The notes: a model not told the origin generated them from the sequence alone. 52,850 nucleotides of DNA from a virus (IMGVR_UViG_3300020198_000024:1-52850), one strand, 5' to 3'; counted from the stretch's first letter, positions 1 through 9,220 are shown. Program-made: numbers and translations.

Positions 1-411
1 CATGTTCGGGAGGATCACCGTCTGGTCGGGCGCCGTCAGGATGTCGGCCGTCTCGGCCATGAAGTGAACACCGCAGAACACGATGAACTTCGAGTCTCGC
101 TCCCTGGCCGCCATCTGCGACAGCTTGTACGAGTCGCCCCGGAAATCGGCGTACTTGATGACGTCAGGTCTCTGGTAGTGGTGGCCCAGGACGACCACCT
201 GCTTGCCGAGCGCCCTGCGGGCCTCGGAAATGCCACAGTCGATCTCTTCGGGCGACAGCTTCAAGTACCGGATCGGGACCTTCTGCCAGCGAACGCCGGA
301 GGCGAACTCCTCTTCGAGCGTCTTGGTGCGAAGCGTTTCGGTCGTGCAGAACGCCGACTGTTCGAGTTCCGTTATGGGAACGACAATAGGCTTTCTCAGT
401 GCTGTGGTCAT
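1..411 (-). CDS. nadA: quinolinate synthase A, N-terminal part (runs off window start); host-like GC-rich gene missing from the ORF track
   Basis: Manual translation from ATG at 411: MTTALRKP...VVVLGHHYQRPDVIKYADFRGDSYKLSQMAA...IVFCGVHFMAETADILTAPDQTVILPNM. GHHYQR, GDS and FCGVHFMAE are NadA signatures. Purine-rich RBS (GGGAGAAGGGA) upstream. Confidence 0.95.
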   Translation of the reverse strand, partial: MTTALRKPIVVPITELEQSAFCTTETLRTKTLEEEFASGVRWQKVPIRYLKLSPEEIDCGISEARRALGKQVVVLGHHYQRPDVIKYADFRGDSYKLSQMAARERDSKFIVFCGVHFMAETADILTAPDQTVILPNM

Positions 412-657
412 TCCCTTCTCCCTGGCATTGCTAGATCGAGCACTCCGTTCTTTATTGAGTACTCCTATTATCTATTAGCATCTATATATTTTCTTTTTCA
501 CTGAAACAATCTTCAACAAAAATAATATTTTTATTTTTTCTATCATTTCGTTTCCATTCAAACCAAGACAAAGTTGCAAAACTAGATATCATTAATATAG
601 TAAATATTAAACCAATTACAAATACAATTATACTAAAAAAGATTAATTCAGTTAATA

Positions 658-966
658 TCATAAAACTTCAAGTGCATCAAAATTAAAAGTTTCTTTAAAC
701 AGAAACCATTTCAATTTGTCTGAAGGAGAACTAAAATACTCGAAACCAAGAGGAATTTGTGTTCTTGAGATAAAGCCATTAAGAAACATTTCGTCTAAAA
801 TGATCTTATCTTCTGCTTGAACTAAAGAAGTCACATTATTTGGAATACGTCGTGGTAATTGGTTAAGTAAAAATAATTTTAAAGCTAATTTATCCACCAT
901 TGATCTTCGCATTATCTTTTGCTTTTCTATAAGCTTCCCCGACTTTATATGATAAACTTTCTTCAT
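658..966 (-). CDS. hypothetical protein
   Basis: ORF co-oriented with and overlapping the upstream gene; true start may be a later Met. Confidence 0.5.
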   Translation of the reverse strand: MKKVYHIKSGKLIEKQKIMRRSMVDKLALKLFLLNQLPRRIPNNVTSLVQAEDKIILDEMFLNGFISRTQIPLGFEYFSSPSDKLKWFLFKETFNFDALEVL

Positions 967-3900
967 TTAAATCCTTTATTCCGGACCAAGAAGAACCAAT
1001 CATTAGCTTCTTGCCAAGATGATCCCCATATGGGGCGTTAGATGGATTAAATAGAGCAAAGTCCCAAGAATGAGTTAATTTTGGTATTTTATCATCCATT
1101 ATATCAAGTTCTTCAGGAGAAAGATGTTGACTCTTAATCCACTCTAGGATTTTTGATTTCTGCGAACTCGGTGAGTACTGCTGCAATGCTTGTTGTTCGG
1201 TTTCTGGGGATGATTCATCTCTAAAAGGAGACACCATTTCGTTTAATACAAAATTTTCACGAATAAAGTCTTCTACATCATTAAAATCTCTTGTTCTCCA
1301 AGCCCTGGAAATTGAAGAACAGAATTGTTTAAGATTAGGTCCAAGTGCAATATCAGATTCCGGGTCTGCATCTTGTAAAGCAAAATCAAATCCTTGTAAT
1401 GCCCACGCATAACCACCAACGTCATCGTTCGCTAATAACGATATACTAGGGATACCAAGTATTTTATAAGCGTGTTCTGAGTTTTGGAGAATATCTGTTC
1501 CAATACCTTGGTTCTGATATCTTGGTCCCAAGAAGAATGAAGAATGATAAACTGACGAGTCAATAACATTAGTATTACTAGGATCAGTTGTTTTACGAAA
1601 CTTCCGATGAAGCGATCCTATTTTTGCTCCAGACGCATTTCTTATGCTAGCTTCAACGTTTAAACTGTGAGAATTACTGATGTGTACGTTGTTTATATCG
1701 TACGAAGACCAATTTCTCATTGGTTCTATTGATACAATATCAATATTAATACCTTTTTTTGAAGTTCCAAATGCAATAGACAAAAGTGCGGCAGCATCTT
1801 TTCTTTCAAACCAATTATTAATCATTTCTTTGCTTCGTTCAGAAGAATACTTGGCATAATAAAATATCCCTCCTCTTGGTCCAGTTAAAATTGGTTCATT
1901 ATGTGGAGAAGTTTGCCCAGGTTCAATATATTGTTTTCTAGCTTCACCAGAATTCAAATGATTTTCTCTTTCACCGATTTCAAATCTGCTAATAGGAAAT
2001 TCTTGTTTTAACAAACCGTCCTGTTTTCTTTGTCTGATAACCAAATTTAAGGCTGCAGCTACATCTTGTGTAGGATAAGAATATAGAGATCTATGAGGAT
2101 TTTTTATTTCATCCGTCGACCAATAGAATCCAAAGTTTCTCGACCCCGGAATTTCTAATCCAGCTTTCTCTAAATCCTCAAGAAATACTAGATTCTCTCT
2201 TGGAATATGACGATTTACTGCAAATTCCGGCTTAACAAAATTCTTCCAAGATTCATGATCATGTAATTCTGCTTCTTTTACTTTAGGAACAATTAAGTGG
2301 GGAAAATCGGTCTCTGGAATTGTATCAATATTTTCAACATCAATAATTCTTTCCAAACCTCTTTCTGGTTTATATCTGAACTTTACATGATCGTTTAAGT
2401 CATAAACTTTCGTTTCTTTGGCAATTCCTGGGGAATGTATTATAAAAGCTGTTTTAAATAGGTCGCTTTTTTTAACGGTGTCTTTTTTAAAACCATAGTG
2501 TGGAAACGAATAAACCATTGGTGGTCGATCCAAAATTTTATCTAATTTTGTAGTTATTACTCCACGATCATGTCCATCTGGATGAAGACCTTCATTTTTA
2601 ATTTTATTTATAATTTCAGTTGGATTATAAATAACATGAGGTCCACTAGCAAATCCTATTTTATGCCTCCCAATTCCAGTTCCGGTAGTAGCCGGAGAAC
2701 CACCAATGCTTTCTTCTGAAACATTCAAAGGAATTTCTTGCTTATTTAAATTAAGTAACTCAGAAGCATTTTCTTTATCTTCAGAGTCAAGCTCTTCTTC
2801 GATAACTTTGTCATTGAGATTAGGTGTTTGGTTTAAAAAACTTGGTTTATCTTCTGAAGTTAAAACATTAAGAAGTGGTTTTCTTTTTCCACCTGAAACT
2901 ACATCTGGAGAAGAAAGAGGGTCTGGATCCCATTTTTCATTAACCCATTGTGTTGATTTTTGTATTGATTCTTTTTTATTTTGCATTATAAAACGAAGAA
3001 TAGGTTTAAACAAACCAAGTTTGTAATTGTCAATTTCATCTTCAGTAATCCATTCAAAACCACGATGTTCTTTAGATAATTTTGGAATCATTTCATGATC
3101 AATATTTGCTGAAAATATAAGAACCAATTTATTATTTTCACCTAGTTTTTCAAAAGAATAAGTTAAAAATTTAAGATGATCAATTCCAAGTTTAGTTTCT
3201 TCATGAACTTCTCTTTTTAACGCCTCATCAGATGATTCATCAGTATACATTTTTCCACCAGGAAGATCCCACCATTCTGAATCTGAGTCTCTTAAAATAA
3301 GGACTTTTCCTTCCGAATTAAAAATTCCAACCTTTTGTGAAATATCTTTTTTACTTTCATCGACAAACTTTTGAAGAAGTTGGTAATTTCCAGATCCTTC
3401 ATTAATTCTTTCAATAGCTGTTTTTGGATATACGCTTCCCTGACTTACCAGTGCAGTATCTTTTGTGCCGGCTTTAGCTGAATTTGGAGCGTCACCGACA
3501 TTCTGTGGAACCATTGCAGATTTCTTTTCCCCTTTCTGTATTTGTTCTGGCTTTATCTTAAATGGATGAATATCATAAGCTCCACCACCATAATGAGTAA
3601 GTTTATCAGACAAACGATTAGTTACGTCTAGAGGCTCAATATCTCCGGAATAATGAACTTCAAGATCTACGTCAGAAGCAGGAGTTGGAGAGCCTGAAGC
3701 ATAAGATCCTCCAAGTTTAACTTCATGAATTTTAACTTCTGGAACTAAGCTTTGTGCCGAAGAATGCAAAGAATCTTTTGTCCTATTAAAATGGTTGACA
3801 ACAGAAGATTTAAAATTAGAGAAATCCTCTTCTTCTTTAACTCCTGATGTAGGTGACGGTGCTGCTGCAGACGGTCTCAGTTCTGGATAGTCTGCAAGAA

Positions 3901-4411
3901 CCTCCGGTGGAACGGGCTTTCCTTCCTTAAGTGCCTGTTGCACACTATATTTGTGGATTAATCGTCTTGCATCATCCGAGGTCGAATGCTCTTCCCATTC
4001 TTCTTCTATAGGTGCTCCAAACGAGGCAGGTAAAACAGGATGCTTGGTTCCACGAGCTTTGAGTTCATTAAAAACCGCCTTGGCAGCCCTGCCACTGAGT
4101 AGTCCCCTGTTTTTATCAAGACCCATCTCTAATACTTCGTTATTTGGAGTTAAAGTTGCCGCCATGACAGGCTTACCCTTGGGGTCTCGGTAAACAATAT
4201 GAGTCATATATGAACGCATAAAGGGCTCTTCTTCAATTGACAACCCAGGCTCGCCACTCCCAACCCGACTCAACAAAATACTTACTAAGTCGATCTTTGG
4301 AGCGTCACCGACAAACCTCTCCCGAGTCACCTGCCACGGGTGCTTCAGGGGTTCTGATATCTTATCACGCCACCATGGTTCTTTTGAAATATCTTTCTTT
4401 AATGACGTCAT
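890..4411 (-). CDS. large polyvalent protein: nucleotidyltransferase + NUDIX + putative ADP-ribosyltransferase-fold + GNAT domains
   Basis: GGSYASG..SDVDL (pol-beta NTase); LPGG..DESSDEALKREVHEET (Nudix box); H..KIKNEGLHP..VYSF..EFAVNRHIP (ART-like, weaker); YQNQGIG..GGYAWALQGFDF (GNAT). Confidence 0.8.
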   Translation of the reverse strand: MTSLKKDISKEPWWRDKISEPLKHPWQVTRERFVGDAPKIDLVSILLSRVGSGEPGLSIEEEPFMRSYMTHIVYRDPKGKPVMAATLTPNNEVLEMGLDKNRGLLSGRAAKAVFNELKARGTKHPVLPASFGAPIEEEWEEHSTSDDARRLIHKYSVQQALKEGKPVPPEVLADYPELRPSAAAPSPTSGVKEEEDFSNFKSSVVNHFNRTKDSLHSSAQSLVPEVKIHEVKLGGSYASGSPTPASDVDLEVHYSGDIEPLDVTNRLSDKLTHYGGGAYDIHPFKIKPEQIQKGEKKSAMVPQNVGDAPNSAKAGTKDTALVSQGSVYPKTAIERINEGSGNYQLLQKFVDESKKDISQKVGIFNSEGKVLILRDSDSEWWDLPGGKMYTDESSDEALKREVHEETKLGIDHLKFLTYSFEKLGENNKLVLIFSANIDHEMIPKLSKEHRGFEWITEDEIDNYKLGLFKPILRFIMQNKKESIQKSTQWVNEKWDPDPLSSPDVVSGGKRKPLLNVLTSEDKPSFLNQTPNLNDKVIEEELDSEDKENASELLNLNKQEIPLNVSEESIGGSPATTGTGIGRHKIGFASGPHVIYNPTEIINKIKNEGLHPDGHDRGVITTKLDKILDRPPMVYSFPHYGFKKDTVKKSDLFKTAFIIHSPGIAKETKVYDLNDHVKFRYKPERGLERIIDVENIDTIPETDFPHLIVPKVKEAELHDHESWKNFVKPEFAVNRHIPRENLVFLEDLEKAGLEIPGSRNFGFYWSTDEIKNPHRSLYSYPTQDVAAALNLVIRQRKQDGLLKQEFPISRFEIGERENHLNSGEARKQYIEPGQTSPHNEPILTGPRGGIFYYAKYSSERSKEMINNWFERKDAAALLSIAFGTSKKGINIDIVSIEPMRNWSSYDINNVHISNSHSLNVEASIRNASGAKIGSLHRKFRKTTDPSNTNVIDSSVYHSSFFLGPRYQNQGIGTDILQNSEHAYKILGIPSISLLANDDVGGYAWALQGFDFALQDADPESDIALGPNLKQFCSSISRAWRTRDFNDVEDFIRENFVLNEMVSPFRDESSPETEQQALQQYSPSSQKSKILEWIKSQHLSPEELDIMDDKIPKLTHSWDFALFNPSNAPYGDHLGKKLMIGSSWSGIKDLNEESLSYKVGEAYRKAKDNAKINGG

Positions 4412-4422
4412 ATAACTATTAC

Positions 4423-5355
4423 CTATGCATAATCTATCTCAGGAAGGGTATGACCAAAACGACTTCGAAAATTTTCTCTCTCTTTACTGTGTTTGAAACT
4501 CCTTTTTAGCCTATCAACTCTTTCTTCTGTGAGAATTTTCCTTATCATATTTGCTGCATCTTGATGATCACGAGCAGCAGCAAGTAAACCGATAACTGTA
4601 TCATGATTTTCTTTGGGGTCGGAGTGTGGAGACGTATCAAAAGCCTCGTTAGCCTTTAATCGAAATCTATGGGCAGCCTGGGAGTGGACATCATGTAAGC
4701 TTCTTAGATTCATGGGTCTATCATTAATACTAGGATAATGATAGAATACTGTACTTATTGGTTCACCAGTATCCGGATAACTACCACTATAATGATGAAT
4801 AACTCCGTCCCCCCATTGATTCTCTCCCGAAAGTTTCTTCCTATTCACCGGATAAAACTCTGGTGGCTTCCATGATTCAGCTTCATCTGGGCTTACTCTA
4901 TGATCAAGACCATAACTGTTGTAAAAAGCCTTTCGAGCAGCTTCGGCGGCATGATGAGAGGCAGCCGCCTTGTGACTGAAATGTTCTGTCGCCTTTCTAG
5001 TACTTTCGAGATTATTTGGTGGATAAACTGAATGGGCTTCAGGGTTCCAAGCTAAATTAGCTTGATTACGATGATGCATGGCTTGAGCCATATGCTCGGC
5101 CGGAGACATCTTTTGGTTATGTTCAGAACTAACACCCCCATCATAATTGTACTTGATTCCACCAGTCGGAGTTATCTCCCTGGAAGCATAGGTTCCAGAA
5201 GCATTTCCCTCCCCCCACAGATCAGCACTATGTTGTGGATGCCACCATGTTGTCTCCATTGCATCTTTGTACAATTTTTCATTCTCTGAATGAGATAAAT
5301 TTTCCTCTTTCTTTAAAGATTTAAACCAATTTGGATACATTTTTGTTAATTTCAT
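4423..5355 (-). CDS. His-rich paralog 1 with MKLTKMYPNWFKSLKK leader (putative capsid-internal protein)
   Basis: Shares leader and body motifs (ITPTG, GGVSSEH, AAASHHAAEA, PMNLR, RFGH) with neighbours. Confidence 0.75.
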   Translation of the reverse strand: MKLTKMYPNWFKSLKKEENLSHSENEKLYKDAMETTWWHPQHSADLWGEGNASGTYASREITPTGGIKYNYDGGVSSEHNQKMSPAEHMAQAMHHRNQANLAWNPEAHSVYPPNNLESTRKATEHFSHKAAASHHAAEAARKAFYNSYGLDHRVSPDEAESWKPPEFYPVNRKKLSGENQWGDGVIHHYSGSYPDTGEPISTVFYHYPSINDRPMNLRSLHDVHSQAAHRFRLKANEAFDTSPHSDPKENHDTVIGLLAAARDHQDAANMIRKILTEERVDRLKRSFKHSKERENFRSRFGHTLPEIDYA

Positions 5356-5363
5356 AATTTTAC

Positions 5364-6266
5364 CTAATTCTTAGGAAGTTCATGACCAAAACGCCTTTGA
5401 AAATCTATTCTCTTTTTACTAGGTTTTGATGTCAGAGCTTCTTCAATACGAATTTCATTAATCAAATTTGCTACCTCTCGATGAGTACGAGAAGCACCTA
5501 TTAAACCCATAACCACGTCATGCTTTCTCTGAGGATCGTCTCGAAAAGTATCTGAATTGTGCTGTTCCACAGCCATTAATTTAAGAGCATCACGTAATTC
5601 GGTGTGGGTCTTATGTAAAGCTCTCAGATCCATAGGTTCCCCCTTATCATTAGTAAAAGGGGAGATTATAACCGAATGATTACCACTATAAGTGTGGATA
5701 ACTCCCTGGTTCTTGGCCCCAAGGTGTTGTTTACGAACAGGTTCAAACTCTGGTGGCTTCCATGATTCATATTCTTCTGGTTTCATTCTTGGATCTAAAC
5801 CATGACCAAGGTAAAAAGCCTTCCGACCAGCTTCGGCGGCATGATGAGAGGCAGCAGCTGAATGAGCTTTTGCATTATCATATATATTGTTAGCTGTCTG
5901 GACCGTGACTTGCGGGTAATCGGGTCCACGGTCGGTAATCGTATTAAAATAGTTCTGTGTTGACTGCAAAGCATCCACCCAGTGACTCAGGGCTTTATTC
6001 CAATGATCCATTGGAGTCATATCTTTTTTATGTTCAGAACTAACACCCCCACCATACTTGTAAATAGCCCCAGTCGGAGTTATCTCCCTGAAAGTGTAGG
6101 GTCCAAAATCATTTTCCTTTCCCCATGGATCACCACCATGATGTGGATTATGGAATGACATTGCCATTGCATTTTTGTAAATGTTCTCATGTGATAAGTC
6201 CTCTGGAGAATTTTCCTCTTTCTTTAAGGATTTAAACCAATTTGGATACATCTTTGTTAATTTCAT
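5364..6266 (-). CDS. His-rich paralog 2 with the same leader
   Basis: Identical first 18 aa; FHNPHHGGDP, AAASHHAAEA, GEPMDLR. Confidence 0.75.
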   Translation of the reverse strand: MKLTKMYPNWFKSLKKEENSPEDLSHENIYKNAMAMSFHNPHHGGDPWGKENDFGPYTFREITPTGAIYKYGGGVSSEHKKDMTPMDHWNKALSHWVDALQSTQNYFNTITDRGPDYPQVTVQTANNIYDNAKAHSAAASHHAAEAGRKAFYLGHGLDPRMKPEEYESWKPPEFEPVRKQHLGAKNQGVIHTYSGNHSVIISPFTNDKGEPMDLRALHKTHTELRDALKLMAVEQHNSDTFRDDPQRKHDVVMGLIGASRTHREVANLINEIRIEEALTSKPSKKRIDFQRRFGHELPKN

Positions 6267-6274
6267 AATTTTAC

Positions 6275-7156
6275 CTACTCATCAGGGAAAGGAAGTGAAA
6301 AATCAAAACGCTTCAAAAATTTTTCTCTTAGATATTTACTATTGTCACTGACGTTGCCTCCAGATTCCGCAGAGATAATTTTATCAATTATATCTGCTGC
6401 ATCTCGATGAGCACGAGAAGCAGCAATATAACTAACAACCGCTTCATGATTTTTCTGGGGATCAGAATGGTGAGGGTTCTTATAAGCATCTTCAGCCTGT
6501 GATTGAAATTGGTCACGAAACTGGGCGTTGACATCACGTAAGTTTCTCAGATTCATAGGTTCACCATTACCAAGCCAATGGGCAATTGTAGTCTTTATTG
6601 GTTCACCATCCCGTGAAGTACCCTTAAAAGTGTAGGTAGATCCCCCATTCGATCCTGGCAAGAGTTTCTCTTCATGCACAGGTTTAAACGTTTTTGGCGT
6701 CCATTTGTTGATATAAGTGAGTCTCATATGCGGTTCATTAATGTACTCAGGAGAAGACATATAAGCAGCTCTCGCAGCATGATGAGTTGCAGCTGCCCTA
6801 TGAGATAGGGCGGCGCCGGGATAATGACCAGGATAACGCTCCTTCAACTCCGCTTGATTTATATGATGCTTGGCTTGATTTAGATGATCATATGCAGACA
6901 TCATTGACCAGTCTTTATGTTCAGCAGTAACACCACCAGGATAATGATAAGTGAATCCATTCGGAGTCATCTTCTCGGAAGTGTAGGTTCCATAGGGATT
7001 TCCATTTCCCAATGGATCACCACCATGTATTGGATTATGGAATGAAAGTCCCAGTGCTTCTTGGTGAATTTTCTCATTACTTGGGAATCCAGCCGAAGGA
7101 TTTTCTTCTTTCTTTAAGGATTTAAACCAATTTGGATACATTTTTGTTAATTTCAT
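6275..7156 (-). CDS. His-rich paralog 3 with the same leader
   Basis: Identical first 18 aa; FHNPIHGGDP, AAATHHAA, GEPMNLR, HSDPQKNH. Confidence 0.75.
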   Translation of the reverse strand: MKLTKMYPNWFKSLKKEENPSAGFPSNEKIHQEALGLSFHNPIHGGDPLGNGNPYGTYTSEKMTPNGFTYHYPGGVTAEHKDWSMMSAYDHLNQAKHHINQAELKERYPGHYPGAALSHRAAATHHAARAAYMSSPEYINEPHMRLTYINKWTPKTFKPVHEEKLLPGSNGGSTYTFKGTSRDGEPIKTTIAHWLGNGEPMNLRNLRDVNAQFRDQFQSQAEDAYKNPHHSDPQKNHEAVVSYIAASRAHRDAADIIDKIISAESGGNVSDNSKYLREKFLKRFDFSLPFPDE

Positions 7157-7161
7157 TAATT

Positions 7162-8088
7162 TTACCTCTTTTTTGTTGTCTTTGGTGTCGTTGTCTTTGA
7201 TGTTGTTGTCTTTGGTGTCGTTGTCTTTGATGTTGTTGTCTTTTGTGATGTGGTCTTTTGTGATGTGGTCTTTGGTGTCGTTGTCTTTTGTGATGTGGTC
7301 TTTGGTGTTGTTGTCTTTTTTGATGTGGTCTTTGGTGTTGTTGTCTTTTTTGATGTAGTCTTTGGTGTCGTTGTCTTTTTTGATGTGGTCTTTGGTGTCG
7401 TTGTCTTAGGTGACGGTGCTGCTGCAGACGGTCTAAATGCTTCCTCGTATCGGTCGAGCAAATCTGGAGTCAGCTTTCTAAAGGGACTTTTTGAACGTAT
7501 CCACGATTCTGGATAGTCTGCAAGAACCTCCGGTGGAACGGGCTTTCCTTCCTTAAGTGCCTGTTGCACACTATATTTGTGGATTAATCGTCTTGCATCA
7601 GACGAGCTCGGCTGACCAAACCAACTAGTTAAAATCTTCTGTTCAGGATGCTTGATTCCACGAACTTTGAGCTCAGTAAAAATAGCATTGGCAGCCTTGC
7701 CACCGAGTAGTCCCCTGTTTTTATCAAGACCCATCTCTACTACTTGGCCATCTGAATCTAAAGTTGCCGCCATGACAGGCTTACCCTTGGGGTCTCGGTA
7801 AACAATATGAGTCAATGTGCTATAGCGACCATGCAGAAAGGGCTCTTCTTGAGTTGACAACCCAGGCTCGCCACTCCCAACCCGACTCAACAACTCACTT
7901 ACGTAGTCGGGGTCCGCTTCTTCAGCGTTCCCGACAAACCTCTCCCGCATCACCTGCCACGGGTGCTTCAGGGGTTCATTGACCCAGTCGTCTTCGTCGT
8001 CCTCTATACCATCACGCCACCATGGTTCTTTTGAAATATCTTTCTTTAAGGATCTAACCCAATTTGGAAACATCTTCGTTAATTTCAT
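7162..8088 (-). CDS. leader-bearing protein, paralog of the N-terminal domain of 890..4411, with Lys/Thr-rich repeat tail
   Basis: MKLTKMFPNWVRSLKK leader; near-identical blocks to 890..4411 (HIVYRDPKGKPVMAATL, QQALKEGKPVPPEVLADYPE); PKTT/SKKTT tail. Confidence 0.8.
   Translation of the reverse strand: MKLTKMFPNWVRSLKKDISKEPWWRDGIEDDEDDWVNEPLKHPWQVMRERFVGNAEEADPDYVSELLSRVGSGEPGLSTQEEPFLHGRYSTLTHIVYRDPKGKPVMAATLDSDGQVVEMGLDKNRGLLGGKAANAIFTELKVRGIKHPEQKILTSWFGQPSSSDARRLIHKYSVQQALKEGKPVPPEVLADYPESWIRSKSPFRKLTPDLLDRYEEAFRPSAAAPSPKTTTPKTTSKKTTTPKTTSKKTTTPKTTSKKTTTPKTTSQKTTTPKTTSQKTTSQKTTTSKTTTPKTTTSKTTTPKTTKKR
7172..7411. repeat. coding tandem repeat of ~15-nt units (PKTTT/SKKTT/SQKTT)
   Basis: Repeated gtctttggtgtcgtt / gtcttttttgatgtg units. 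Confidence 0.95.
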
Positions 8089-8109
8089 AATTTTACCTCT
8101 TTTTTTAAA

Positions 8110-8298
8110 TCATTCTTTAAAAGTTGTCATAGATTGATTAGAAGGTTCCAATTTATCTGTGGCTGTCTCGACTATCCCACCCAACTTTTTTTTCGCATCT
8201 AAAGCCCAAGACTTTATATAGTCATCAAGAGAAGAGCTAAATTCTTCTACGACACGACTTGGAAAAAGATTATTCTTCATATTTATAACTCCCAACAT
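8110..8298 (-). CDS. small hypothetical protein
   Basis: Fills the gap between co-oriented genes; start probably MKNNLF at 8280. Confidence 0.45.
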   Translation of the reverse strand: MLGVINMKNNLFPSRVVEEFSSSLDDYIKSWALDAKKKLGGIVETATDKLEPSNQSMTTFKE

Positions 8299-9220
8299 AC
8301 CCTTCTCGAGCTTGAGGAGAATTCCAACCTATTAAACGATGGAATCCATCAAACCAATAAATATCAGCTATATTTGTATCTAGATTCAAAATCAAAGATA
8401 TAGTAACTGGCTTCCTCTTTTTACCTAATTCACGGAAAACATGTTGTTTACGTTCCATAATAGCATCCATTTTGCGATGGCCCCATTCTTCTTTTGCTTC
8501 ATCAGAAGCATCTTTTAACCAGTTTGTCTCTTCCTCCCCTTGTTCACCTATAGTAACACGCCACTTCTGAGAGTCTGGTTGATTAAGAGATAACCCAGCC
8601 TTAACTTCGACTAACAGGTCTCCGGCAATTAAATCTACAGGATAATTACCTCGTCCAACATTTAAAAACTGAACATCCTTGTGTCCTTGATCAATCAAAA
8701 ATCTATGAGCTATACTTTCACCAAGCGTTCCAGTTTTTGAATGGGAAAGTTGACGTGTACCAGTAGGTTTACCTTCCCACGCCCTATCATTTACTGGAGT
8801 TAATCGAACTCGTGGCTCACTAATTAACTTTTTCTCTTCCTCAGTCATAGTTTCATCTTGTGGACCATAATCTCGACCGGCAGCCTCTGTTAGAGTTGAT
8901 TGGGACGGAACAGTTTCTTGTAAACTAACATTTGGTTTTAATTCAGTCGTTGTTGGTTTTACTCCAGTTAAAACTGAAATTTCAGAAGAATCTTCTTCTT
9001 TTTTAAGAAAATTATCTAAATCTTTTTTTCTCTTTCTAGTATCTCCACCATAGGTCGGAGTAAAAACTCCAGAATCAGAAGAAGTTGCTACAGTTCCTGT
9101 CCCGCCCCCATCTCCACCACCGCTTTCTTTACTAAGATTAGAACGAAGATTGGAAATGACTAACCATTCAGCAAACTGTTGAACTGCAGATTTACGCAAG
9201 ATCGAGGTTTTCAATGTCAA
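8270..9220 (-). CDS. protein with low-complexity N-terminus and C-terminal PD-(D/E)XK nuclease domain
   Basis: GTLGESIA..PVDLIAGDLLVEVK fits E..PD..ExK; directly downstream of portal. Confidence 0.7.
   Translation of the reverse strand: MTLKTSILRKSAVQQFAEWLVISNLRSNLSKESGGGDGGGTGTVATSSDSGVFTPTYGGDTRKRKKDLDNFLKKEEDSSEISVLTGVKPTTTELKPNVSLQETVPSQSTLTEAAGRDYGPQDETMTEEEKKLISEPRVRLTPVNDRAWEGKPTGTRQLSHSKTGTLGESIAHRFLIDQGHKDVQFLNVGRGNYPVDLIAGDLLVEVKAGLSLNQPDSQKWRVTIGEQGEEETNWLKDASDEAKEEWGHRKMDAIMERKQHVFRELGKKRKPVTISLILNLDTNIADIYWFDGFHRLIGWNSPQAREGYVGSYKYEE

Noticed and set aside
36-504. Track ORFs 36..236(-), 64..504(+), 203..478(+)
   Set aside because: Alternative-frame or antisense shadows of the real nadA frame (411 to <1).
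5300-8100. ~60-bp direct repeats as CRISPR array, integron attC sites or DGR TR/VR
   Set aside because: Repeats are RBS plus coding leaders ~900 bp apart and not palindromic; no reverse transcriptase or integrase is in the window and no adenine-specific variation was evident.
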